Source: Podarcis vaucheri
Taxonomy: Eukaryota
Assembly: GCA_965113315.1 (NCBI GenBank)
Contig: OZ220365.1
DNA: 64,000 nt
Direction: 5' to 3' (one strand)
Every line of letters begins with the position of its first letter. Position 1 is the stretch's first letter. The notes under the pieces are model-generated. The model searched no databases, was not told the origin of the DNA, and saw nothing but the letters and a program-made list of their open reading frames with translations. Of this stretch, positions 1 to 11,470 are shown one piece after another. Made by a program: the position numbers and the translations under genes.

Positions 1-1018
1 TTTGATACAACTTAATCTCTCTCAAAATCTCCTGGGACTTTGGTTTTGATCTTAATTTTTTCTCTCCTTCTTTTATCTTTTCCAAAAATTTTTCCTTTTT
101 CTCAATCTGTTTTCTCTTCTTTATTGAATTTTGTTGAATCAAAAATCCTCGCATCACAGCTTTACTTGCGTCCCAGATCACTCTTTTCTCCACATCGCCC
201 TTTAGATTAATTTCAAAATAGTCCTTTAGAGTTTTTTGGGCCTTCATGTGGATCTCTCTATCTCGAAACAGGGTGTCATTCATTCTCCATCTAAACTGAC
301 CAGTTGTTGTAAATTTCATTTCCATCTTCACGGCGTTATGGTCGGAACAGGTTTTTGGGCAGATTTCTACCTTCTTAATCTTCGGAGCCATTCCACTAGT
401 AACCCATATTTGGTCGATTCTGGTCCAGGTCATCTTTGCATGGGAGAAAAAGGTTCCCTCTCTTTCAAGAGGGTTCCTTGTTCTCCAAATGTCTATTAAG
501 TCCATATTGTCAGTCATTTCGAAAAAAGTCTTGGGGAGTCTCCCTTCTTTAGTAAGTGTCAGTCTTTGTGTCTTGTCCATATTTGTAGAAACTACACCAT
601 TCATATCTCCCATGATTATCATATTGTATTCCAAATAATCCGTCAAAGTTTCATGAAGTTTTTTGAAGAATTCTGTTTTACCTTCATTTGGTGCATAGAT
701 CCCAATTATCAAAAATTTTTCTCCTTGTACCTGGATCTCCACCGCCAAATATCTTCCTTGTTCATCTTTGAACATCATTTTTGGGGCCCACTTCTCTTTT
801 ACATAAATCACAACTCCTCTTTTTTTCACTTTGTCCGACGAAATAAATTCTTGTCCCAATTTTTTATTCATAAGCAGTCTCCTATGTGCTCTGGTTATAT
901 GGGTTTCCTGTAAACAAATCAAGTCCAGTTGTTCTCTATACAAAATATGGAATACTTGTCGTCTCTTCAAAGGACTGTTCATCCCATTACAATTCCAGCT
1001 AAGGAATTGCAGGGCCAT
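1..1018 (-). CDS. L1 ORF2p N-terminal AP-like endonuclease domain (open, runs off window)
   Basis: Hand translation MALQFLSWNCNGMNSPLKR...LQETH...IYAPN...GDMN...TRIDQIW...SDHNAV, with no stop seen. Confidence 0.9.
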   Translation of the reverse strand, partial: MALQFLSWNCNGMNSPLKRRQVFHILYREQLDLICLQETHITRAHRRLLMNKKLGQEFISSDKVKKRGVVIYVKEKWAPKMMFKDEQGRYLAVEIQVQGEKFLIIGIYAPNEGKTEFFKKLHETLTDYLEYNMIIMGDMNGVVSTNMDKTQRLTLTKEGRLPKTFFEMTDNMDLIDIWRTRNPLEREGTFFSHAKMTWTRIDQIWVTSGMAPKIKKVEICPKTCSDHNAVKMEMKFTTTGQFRWRMNDTLFRDREIHMKAQKTLKDYFEINLKGDVEKRVIWDASKAVMRGFLIQQNSIKKRKQIEKKEKFLEKIKEGEKKLRSKPKSQEILREIKLYQ

Positions 1019-1022
1019 CTTG

Positions 1023-2062
1023 TTATTTTTCTGGTATTCCTCCAACAGCTCCCAGTTGTTGTTCCTCCTCTGTTGGTGGTGGAAGGTTCTGTCCAAACGA
1101 AAGATTCAGGATGTCTATTGCACTCTTTTGCTCAGCAATTGGGTCTACAGTTCCTTTCTGTAGATCTTCTTGATTTCTTTGCAGGAACCTGTCTTTATCC
1201 TGTACCGTCTTTATTTTCACCTTCTTCCCCCTATAGTCAAAAGACAGTCCCTGTGGAAATTCCCACCTGAAGAGAATGGTGTTCTTCTTCAACAAGTAAA
1301 CCAAATCTTTATAAAAAGCTCTCAAGTCCAAAATATGTTTAGGAATGTCTTTGAAGATCTGTATCGGTGAGTTCCCAATTTGTAGGCCTTTTCAAAATGC
1401 AGTCTTAAAATTCTGTCTCTTTCCTCCTTCGATCTCAAGGTAATCAGACAGTCTCTCGGCGCCTTTCTGTTCTGTCTTCTGCCCAGTCTAAATGCTGTTG
1501 TAATTTTAAATTCGTCTTCCTCTAGATCTTCCCAGGAATCAGCAAACTCTTTCGTTAAATAGTCCGTGAGATTGTCTCCTTCGTCCTCTGGAATTGATCG
1601 TAATTTCAAATTCCTTTCTTTTCTTTGTAGTTCCCACAATGCCAGAGTTGTGTCGTGATCATAGACCTTCCTAGCAATCGGTTCTAATTTTTCCTGGGTC
1701 TCTCCAGCAATAGTTCTGGCTTCCTCCGCAATTTGACGTGTGGCAGAATTTTCTTGCGTAAGCCTGTTTATAGATTCTGTATTCAGGTCAAGTCTTGTTG
1801 TTAAGTCTGTCAATTTCTGTGAATTCTCCGTCAATTTCTTGGTATTTTCTGCCGTCTGTTTTGTTAGATTCTCCAAAGACTGGTTTATCTTAAGAAGGGC
1901 TTGCGACACTGCATCCATGGAGACTGCTGTACCTTTTTCTTGTCCTGTTGTCACTGTAGAGGTTATGCCTGAGATCGAGCCTCTTTTCTTGTGTTGCTGT
2001 AGCTGTTGTTGATATTGCCTTGTCTTGGCTCTCGTGCTTATCTCGTCTGCTGGGCCACTCAT
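1023..2062 (-). pseudogene. L1 ORF1p with a single 1-nt frameshift near 1385
   Basis: Heptad coiled coil (LENLTKQTAENTKKLTENSQKLTDL), RNLKLRSIPE, FRLGR..PRDCLI. Frame switches at EKA/(L)QIGNSPIQIFKDIPK to LRAFYKDL...FRWEFPQGL; ORF-track pieces 1322..2119 and 1023..1331. Confidence 0.85.
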
Positions 2063-3161
2063 ATCCCAAGGTCGTTTCCCACGAGAGCCTTCTCCTAAAG
2101 GAAAATTCCACTGTCCCAAAGCGTAGCAACTTTTAATTTACCCTCTAGAGGGAGCAAATCAAGATGTCCGCAAACAAAGGCAAAGAGTATTTAAAAAGCA
2201 AATTTATCGGGAGGCTTCTATATGTATATTGCAACACCTTCCCAATAGATAGAGTCCCAGCCTTCCCTGATAAATTGTATCCACAAAGTCCCAAAACTTT
2301 GTAACCAATAAGCAATAAGGCTTCCACTTTGTTACTTTCACAGGAATTTAAAGTCAGTTCAGTGCTCCTTTGTTTTAGTAGCAGTTTGTGCCAGGTTGAA
2401 GGCTGCAGAGAGTTCCCTTTCCTTTAAATTAGGCATGCAGCTTTTAAAGTCCCTTATTCCTCCCCTCTGCCCTGCAAGCTAGAGGGGATAATCAAAGTCC
2501 AAATGTCGGATTCAAACAGTTAAAGAGGATTTCCCATACGGATGCAGCTCAGTAACTTTCATTGCTTTAGTTGTCATGCAGTCGGGGGAAGGCAGACTTC
2601 CTTAATTTTTGCCTTTCCCGTTTTCAGCCTAATTTCAGGTAGTTTTGACACGAATAAAGGTTCAGTCTTACTCACGGGTCTTTTTCATCCAAATTATTCA
2701 GGAAGGGAATCGGCGCTCTCCACTAATGGCGACGCGGCTTCACCCTGCGGGCTGGGTAGCGATTCTCAGCACCGCGCTCCCCGTTGTCGTTCCGGAGCCT
2801 TTAAAAAGGCTCTTTCTGCGGTAAAGGGGGGCGCTTCAGGTGCCCACCGAATCTCCTTGTTCACAGGCTCCGTTCCTGTGATTTTAGGGGTCCCCCGCTT
2901 GCCGTAGCGGGTCAGACCCGAACTCGCAGAGCCGTCCTCTCTCCGGAACTCGGAGAGGGAGCAGCCATTAGCGCTGGCGCCGAACCGGAAGTCTCCTGCC
3001 CTTCTTATTGTTAGGGGAAATTGGACTCTGAGGAAAAGTGTCTTGTTACTATGGCTGTGAAGTGGGTTGTCTTTTTCCTCTGAATTGCTTCATGTAAGGA
3101 GGCCCTTTCCGGATACTGCTAAGACAAGTTCAAACTGCTAGACTGGATGCTGTGTGAGGTA

Positions 3162-3482
3162 AAGGTAAAGGGACCCCTGACCATTAGGTCCAGTCGTGGC
3201 CGACTCTGGGGTTGCGGTGCTCATCTCACTTTATTGGCCGAGGGAACCGGCGTACAGTCATGTGGCCAGCATGACTAAGCCGCTTCTGGCGAACCAGAGC
3301 AGCACATAGAAAGGGTGTTTACCTTCCCGCTGGAGTGGTACCTATTTATCTACTTACATTTTGATGTGCTTTTGAACTGCTAGGTTGGCAGGAGCAGAGA
3401 CCGAGCAACGGGAGCTCACCCCGTCATGGGGATTCGAACCGCCAACTTTCTGATCGGCAAGCCCTAGGCTCTGTGGTTTAAC
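3162..3482 (-). mobile_element. Sauria SINE, slightly 5'-truncated
   Basis: Reverse complement of the 50826 element family (cctagggcttgccgatc, ggttcgaatcccc B-box, ACCTTT tail seen as aaaggtaaag). Confidence 0.9.
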
Positions 3483-5538
3483 TCATGTAAGGAGGCCCTT
3501 TCCAGATACTGCTAAGACAAGTTCAAACTGCTAGAGTGGATGCTGTGTGAGGTACAGGGCTGTAAACAGCAACAGCAGAAAGAAATGACATGAACTGCCT
3601 TCAAGGAAGAAGGAATGGGTGATTCCTTGTTTGCCCTCCCCTCATCCCTTTGCCATTCATATCCATTAGGGCTGCATTCATCCATTCACTTAATATTCAT
3701 CCAGTTAAGAGATTTGCTGTACCACCCATCTTGTGAGCTGTCAGGCCCTTTTCTCCCAGTCAACACCATATAAGAGAGCATGTTCGCAACTGGTTTATCT
3801 TGAGAAAATAGTAGAGCTAGCTGTTACCTTTGAAACAGGAAGCAACAACACCTTACCATGCATTCATTATGCTTTTCACCAAATCTTACAGGAGAGCTGA
3901 CAGAGTGATAGATGGTGCGGGTAGTGACTTCACCATGTCCCAAATGTAATGTTTCTGCCAGGTTTCTGCTTCGTGCACTGCTTCTTGTCCTATTTCTGTC
4001 TAGCAACTAATGCAGCAAGCCTCTGCTCTCTCAGCTAATAAATGTGCAGCATCTCAGTGAGGTGCAGGTATTTTGTACTTTTTTGGATTTGTCTGCAACA
4101 GGGTAATTGGGAGCTTTTTTTTGCTTTCCTTCCACACTGTTTGTGTTCCTTCAGAATACGTGAACTGCAGCTGAGGAGGTCAACTGCTAATGTGGCTTTC
4201 ATGCTTGCTGGGTTCTGAAGTGTCTGGCACGCTGCCAGCAATATCAGCTTCTGTTGTATTCAACTGTTCAGTGGCACACTGAATTAAGCATATTATTTTT
4301 GTAGGTAAATGCTGAATATGCCAAAATTAAGATTCTTGCTGTTTCTTGCACTCAAAGGATGCTAGCTTTTCAAAATGCTTAAATGAAAAATTCTTAAATG
4401 AAGGTTTTATCAATCTTTGCACATCCTGATCTCTCTTTCTCTTCCCTTTCCCTTATCATGTTGTCTCAGGGGACTTGTCCTTCAAAAAAATCTATATAAT
4501 CTGCATAGTTCTGAGTTAAGTTAAAATACTATGCTTTTCCATTAAAATCTTTTGAGCTTGTATGCAAACATGAATTGGGTTTGGGGTGTAGGTTTTAGCT
4601 TAATTACAGGGACATTTATTGCAAAGCTGATTTGTTGTGTCAAAGGGATCCTGGATTTCACTGTATGTTTTATATTTACTCTGTGTCAGTGTGATAGATT
4701 TCTATTTCTTCGGTTACATGTGAAAGCTATCTAAAGTGCCATATACCAGTTTATGTTAAGGAGGAATTCTTCAAATTGCTTTAATAGACCCTTGTTTAAT
4801 TTCCTTGTTTGCCCATTACAGCAAAAATTCTAGCAGAATAGGTATGAATGAGACTCTTTGGGTACCTGCAGTACAAACCTAAGCCACCCTTCCCTCTCCC
4901 ATTTGTGAATTTTGTTTGAAGTGAGGGAAGTTGTGGTTTATTAGGCCGCCACAAACTAGAAAAAAATGAGGATTTCAGAATTGACTCATTTCAGCTTGCT
5001 AGACTCCTATTTCCCCACATACTCTGTCCAAACCTGGTTTTAGTGTGCCAGTGTACAGTAGGTGTGTTTTTCATATTCAGTCTGGCCAGTGAATCTGATC
5101 TGATTTTGCTTTGGAGATGTTCAGCCATGGATGGTTCTGAATGTCCTGAAGCAGTTTTTTTTCAACTCCAGCCTACTGATGTAAGATTGTATTTCATAAA
5201 TAAAATCATTTTCTCTTAACACTAATCCCAGTCCAGCATTTGTATAGCTGGATAGATAAGTGTATAATGATGAATAATTTTATGTATTTTTATTAGCAAT
5301 TTATATTTTTTTCTGGAGGGAAATTAAGATAAGCATCGTATCACAGTACAGTGTACCAATGGTGATGTTGCTTCTCCACCTGCGGCAGATGTCGCAAGGT
5401 ATGTGGTGGTTGTAGATTGGGTGACGACAGGAACAGGTATGGTGGCAGCAGCAGGAGGAAGGCTGCATTTCCCGTTTCTCCTCAAATAGCAAAATGGGAC
5501 ATGCCACCCTGGCTGCCAATATCTTTTGAAATGGAACG

Positions 5539-6145
5539 TAGAATCATAGAGTTGGAAGGGATCCCCCAAAGGTCATCTAGTCCAACCCCCAGCAATGCAG
5601 GAGTCTCAGCTAAAGCATCCATGACAGATGGCCAGCCAACCTCTGCTTAAAAACCTCCAAGGAAGGAGAGTCCGCAACCTCCTGAGGGAGTCTGTTCCAC
5701 TGCTGAACAGCTTGTATTGTCAGAATTCTTTTCCTGATGTTTCGTTGGAATCTCCTTTTTTGTATCTTGAAGCCATTGGTTCGAGTCCTACCCTCCAGAG
5801 CAGGAGAAAACAAGCTTGCTCCGTCTTCCATGTGACAGCCCTTGAGATATCTCCTCTCAGCCTCCTCTTTCCCAAGTTAAACATACCCAGCTCCTTCAAT
5901 CATTCCTCATAAGGCTTGGCCTCTAGACTCTTAATCGTCTTAGTTGCCCTCCTCTGCACACATTCCAGCTTGTCAACATCTTTCCTAAATTGTACTGCCC
6001 AGAATTGGACACAGCATTGCAGGTGCGGTCTGACCAAGGCAGAATAGAGCGGTACTATTACCTCCTTTGATCTGGACACTATACTTCAGTTGATGCAGCC
6101 TAGAATAGTATTAGCTTTTTTTGCTGCTGCTTCACACTGTTATTC
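5539..6145 (-). mobile_element. CR1 LINE 3' fragment
   Basis: tagaatcatagag tail; minus peptide EGRTRTNGFK...AVQQWNRLPQEVADSPSLEVFKQRL is a typical CR1 ORF2 C-terminus. Confidence 0.9.
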
Positions 6146-8578
6146 CTGTTTAAGTCTTATCTCCATCTCTCCCTGGTCAAATCCCTGTTCAGTGTGAGTA
6201 GTTGATAAAAAATCAATGAGTAAGTTGATACTCCTGATTTCGACCCAAACTGTGTCTGCAAGCCAGTGAAATGAAGACTGGTGTTATGTCTTAATTGTTG
6301 TTTAATTCAGTGTCAAGGAGATGTATTTGGCTTTAGAGCCAGCTCATATAGCTGCCTTAAGAACATAACATTCCTGCTAGATCACACCAAAGGTCTGAAT
6401 TTGGGAATGGTCATTTTTATGAAAACTGATTACACAATTACTAAGGAGTTGATGGCATTTAGGATAGAGGAAAGGATATCCGTATTCCTCACTCTCTTTC
6501 TCTCTCCCACCTGAGTGTGATTTCTGCTCAGCAGTAAACTTAGATCAGCCCTTTTTAAATTGTGCTGACCAAAAATTGGAAGCCTTTTGAGATCTTTAGT
6601 TATAAGGTAATCCAGTTGCCTTGAACTGGGCTTCCCTTGACTTTCCTGATGAAAAGGGTGAGAGGGAAGCCATTGGGAATTAACATTTTGAGCAGTACCT
6701 GAATGGGAAGGTAGACAGAGCACTGCAGCCATCAGAAGAGATCAGGTTTCCAATGTCCTTTGAAGCTTGCAATGCTCCAGGCACTTGCCAAAGGCTTCAC
6801 AGGGAAGATGAGTTTTGATCAGTGTATTGAAGTGGGAGGGATATATGACATTATACATGTACTGCTCTGTGAGGGAGTTCCAGGTCACCTACTAATTACT
6901 GTTGTTCCAAACAACTTGTTTATTTGCCCAGTTATTCTAGTTAACGTCATCAAATGAGAGGAAAGCCCAAATCTGCAGGAATGTCGTAGAATTCCTGCAG
7001 ATGACTTGGGAGCAGGGGTGTTGATCCCAAACTAATGTAACTGTAACAAGATGGCATTTTAAAAGATGAAAAGTATACTTCTGGAGGGGACAATATGAAT
7101 TGGTTTGCTCTTAAGGAGGAAGGCAGTGGTTGGCAGTTTGTTTCCTAACAATAGCAGGCAGGGGAAAGGTTAGTGAGCATTGCTTCCACATTTTTAGGAG
7201 TTATCCGTCTATAGGTTCACATATCTGCACACAATATCTGCAATTTGGGCCTTTTGTTAATGGCTGTTTCAGCTGAACTCCAGATGACATTAGTTAACAT
7301 GACAATAATAAGAAGTTTGCCCGAAGTCACCCAGCTTCACTTTTGGACAAATGTGTTCTGAGGCAGGCCCATTTATGTTCAGCGTATGAATCCCTAGGGC
7401 AGCCAGGAAGAAATAATTAAAATGAAGCAGCAGCAACTGTACCAGATGGTTGCTGAGCAGGTGCTTTTGCTTGAACTGATGATTGATAGTCCAGAAGAGA
7501 AGGATAGCCTGAGGGAAGGAAGGATGTCACCAAAAATATTTCAAAAGTACCCTAATGATGTACAGTTGGGGAATAAAAGAATAACGTGTGCCCAAACGGG
7601 ATATGTTAAGCACACCACACAATAAAGAATTAAAGACTAAAAGAGTTTTGAATTAGTACTGTTGTTTATACCTATGAGCGTTGCATTTGCCAAACATTTT
7701 TGTTAATAAACTGAATTACACTGGACACTGCACTGGGTTTAAGTAGAGAACAATTCTCACAGGGATTGATTGATTGATTGATTATATTTGTTAGTCGCGT
7801 TCCTTACATTGTAACTCAAAGCAGCATACATTAAGTAGGCCCAGCCCTCCTTCACTAAGCATGCCAATCTAGAACCACCACCTTCCAACTGGGGCCATGC
7901 CCATACTTTAAATAAATGGCTATGAATTAATATACAGTAAAAGCAGCCTTTCGCTACCCACTTGGCATGAAGGAGTAGAACTTACACACAGACCTGAGCC
8001 CTTGCTTCTTTCTCTGTCCCCCAGAAATTAAGCAGTGCTCCCACCATTCTTCTGAGAAGGAAGTCCACAGGGTTTTTTGGTGAAATGTTTAAAGCTGATA
8101 AAAGCACTGCTAAAACTTACAATGGTACTTCATACTTTGCTATACGTGCACACTCATTCACTACTGTGGCAAGAGACCGTCAGTGGAGAGCACCTCACTC
8201 ATTCCTTTTTGGGATCATTAATTCCTCCTTCCTCTGGGAGAGTAGCATGAAGACTGCATAAGGAATCTTTCCTGGCCCCATTTTTATCCTGCCTTTCTTC
8301 CAAGAATCTCAGGGCAATGACCTCCCCCTGCCACTCTTTTATCCTCACACTAGCCATTTGAGAGACCATTTTTTGTGGTGACTGCCACACATAACCCCGA
8401 AATAGAATGGTGCTAGGTTCAAGGCATTGTGGAGAACAAAAATATGGCCAGGCTGCCAATATAATTGCTGTTGCTGCTACTTGCAAGACAGAAACTCCAA
8501 CCACCAGCAGCACACAGAGTATTTGCTGCTGCTAATGGTGAGCCTAATCCCTGAAAAACTGCTGGAGAAATTTGGTGA

Positions 8579-8752
8579 AATCATAGAATTGTAGAATTGG
8601 AAAGGACCCCAAGGGTCATCTAGTCCAACCCCCTGCAATGTAGGCATCTCAGCTAAAGCATCTATGGCAATTGGCCATCCAACCTCTGCTTTTAAAAACC
8701 TCCAAGGAAGGAGAATCCACAACCTCCTGAGGGAGACCATTCCACTGTCAAA
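8579..8752 (-). mobile_element. CR1 LINE 3' end
   Basis: Closely similar to 5539-5710 (ggtcatctagtccaacccc...aaaaacctccaaggaaggaga). Confidence 0.85.
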
Positions 8753-10129
8753 CACTTCTCAATTTCTCTGCAAATGGATAGGGTGGAAAAAAATGAGAAT
8801 TGATTTGTGAACAGCTCTAGTTTCTAAGAGATTTTCCAACAAGCACCTTGCTGCATGAGTGCTGTGATGCTTTTCCAGAAGCACAGGAACTTCACTTGAG
8901 AAGTCATGTCATTTTTCCTCATCAATACATTTTTCTTCGATAATTTTCCATATTTACTGTTGGAAGCGAGCCATGTGGACCACACCAGTATTTGCCAACA
9001 TGGCCTTGCAGAGACTAGCATGGGTTAAATAGTTTCATGCATTATCAGAAGACTTAAACAGGATGCTTGGACCCCAAATCAGTAGTTTTGCAGACATGGC
9101 CCCAAACACTTTGCTGATTGTGCCATTTTCATAATAATGGGCTCTGGCTGGGACCTTTCCTTATACTTTTCAGTGCTTGGATTTGGCACCGTTCCAGCAG
9201 TGAAACAGTCACAATTTTTATATCAGTTTAATATATCTATCACGCTTTCCCCTAGATATTGCATGCTGTCAGTACTTTTGATAAATGGAGATGTTAGTTC
9301 TTCTCATTTAACAGGGTGACAGTTCAATTTCTAGTCACTTTCTAAGCATTTGATGTTCAGATTGCTGACAGTAGAGACTGGTAATTTCAAAAAAGAAGGA
9401 TGGAGAATAGCACACATTTTTGTTTTTTTTAAAATAAAGACAAAACATTTTTTGCTACTGAATTTAAAGAGAGAGGACCCTCAGCAATTATTAGAAAATA
9501 CTTTGTTCTGATGTATTTAATTTTCCCTCTAGAAAATACTTTCAGACTTCAAGTCTAGTAGCCTCCCCCCCCCCAGCAAGTGGTTCTTGTGCTGCCACAA
9601 ATTCAGATTATTCCATTATAAAATATTAGAAAACATGATTATTTACTAACTTTCAGATTTGACAATCCCTTGTTTGATCTTAGATGCACTTCTCTAATTG
9701 TCTATCATATCCCCTGTAAACAAGACATACAGCAGCCCTTCACAGCCTTTCTTAGGTCACACATCACACAGCCACAAAGCTGGGTTTTTACACACAGCAG
9801 CAACCAGAGATCAATCCCAGTTCTGTGGCAGATAGACCTGCCTCAGACATGTGCTTTCAAATGTCTCTGCGTTATATTCACAGCTTCCATCAAATGTGGC
9901 TTACCTCTGGTCCTCCAGATGTTGGACTTCAACCCCTATCAGCCCCAGCTGCCAGTGTCAACTGCCGGGATGATGGGAGGTATAGTCTAATGTCATTGGG
10001 AGGGTCACAGGTTAGCCTGGTTCACTTGTTGCGTGTATGTCTAAAGTTTTATTTTTGTGTGCACACAGAAAATGTAATGTGTGAAGCAGACTTGTACTCC
10101 TAACACCCAGAAGAAATACTGGAGGTGAG

Positions 10130-10267
10130 CAGTGGCGTAGCGTGGGTTGTCAGCACCCGGGGCAAGGCAAGTAATTTGCGCCCCCTAACCCGTGGATTTG
10201 CGCCCCCTAACCCTAACCCCCAGATGTTGCGGCCAGCCCACCCTGCACCCCCCACGCTACGCCACTG
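10130..10267. mobile_element. hAT-type MITE, 138 bp
   Basis: Perfect 17-bp TIR CAGTGGCGTAGCGTGGG; perfect 8-bp TSD GAGGTGAG (10122-10129 and 10268-10275). Confidence 0.92.
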
Positions 10268-10959
10268 GAGGTGAGCTCATTCTGTTTCAGCTTGGTGTAT
10301 GCCACCAATTGCTGGTTCAAAATTCAGAGCAGGTGCCCCAATTCCTCTCTGAATATGTTGGTGGCAACTGAAAAAATAATCTGTGTAATAATTAGGAATC
10401 ATACATTACATCCCATCATGATGTGACACGTGTCTTATTTTGAAATTGATACTTAGTTAAGGGGCCATCTGATGCCACCTTCCATGGGTTTGCTGAAGTT
10501 ATAACTTTTAGCTACCTTATATACCATGCAGGGATCCTGAAGTTTATCCTGTCAACTTTTTCTGCTGTCCTCTTTTCTGCTTTCATTGATTTCTCTGCAT
10601 GATGGGTCTATGGCAATATTCCCTGAATTTTCATCCACTTAATGTTTTGCAGTGTTTTCATTGATCTTTTTATATCATAGTTGTGCTTGAGCCTATTTTT
10701 AGAAAGCAAAGCAATCCATCCTTTGTTTTTAAAATTAAAACTGTGGTCATTAAGATGCGTACTAAACATCTACGCCACCTTGCTTGTTTGAAATTGACAT
10801 TGTTTTGAAATTGAACTCAGGCCTTGCTGCACTTGTTTAATTCTACTGCAGTTCTGCCATTGTGGCTGAGAATGCAATTGTTTTACGTGGTCTGCTATAC
10901 TGAGATTGACTAGGCTTTTCTTTTTCCATTGTATTGTAGCACCCTGCTTGTGGTTAACG

Positions 10960-11470
10960 CTTAGCTGGAATGAAATATTCAATGCAACAATAGAGAAATT
11001 AAAATAATAATTTATTTGTCAGACAAATAAATGAGAGACACAGCGGTATATGGTTACCAAAGCTCTGCCCACTCCAGCCCTGATGGCCAGCACTTATATT
11101 TCCTCAGCCCAGCCCCTTTGCTCCTCCTTTGGCTGCCTCTGTCCAATCAGCCTGGTTGAAATTCCTATTGGCTGTTTGCTAGAACCAATCATAAAAGATA
11201 CACCCATTTCCTATTACCTTTTATGGGAGACAAAGAGCTATATTTCCTTCTATCCATAAATGGCAGACAAGTAGCCATATATCTTACATTTGCCTCGACA
11301 AGGCACCTTAATTATCAGATCATCTTTGCCCTATTGCCCTATTCACTCCAAAACAGATGGCTCATGGTAACAGAGATCTTGGGTTCACCTTCTCACATAC
11401 CATCAATGAAATAAGAATCTAACATTTCTTACTTTCTAAATCCTTTGCATAATTACATTTAAGCCAACAA
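10960..11470 (-). mobile_element. possible old ERV-like solo LTR (boundaries uncertain)
   Basis: Minus-strand order CCAAT boxes (~11143-11190), TATA-like (~11093), AATAAA (~11011); no termini or TSD identified. Confidence 0.3.

Larger units (their letters stand above)
1..2996 (-). mobile_element. LINE-1, 5'-complete (5'UTR + ORF1 + start of ORF2), continues beyond window start
   Basis: CpG-rich 5'UTR (~2700-2996), ORF1 with coiled coil and RRM-like region, 4-nt spacer, then APE endonuclease ORF2. Confidence 0.92.

Noticed and set aside
10186-10222. Interstitial telomere
   Set aside because: Only 2-3 CCCTAA units, inside a MITE.
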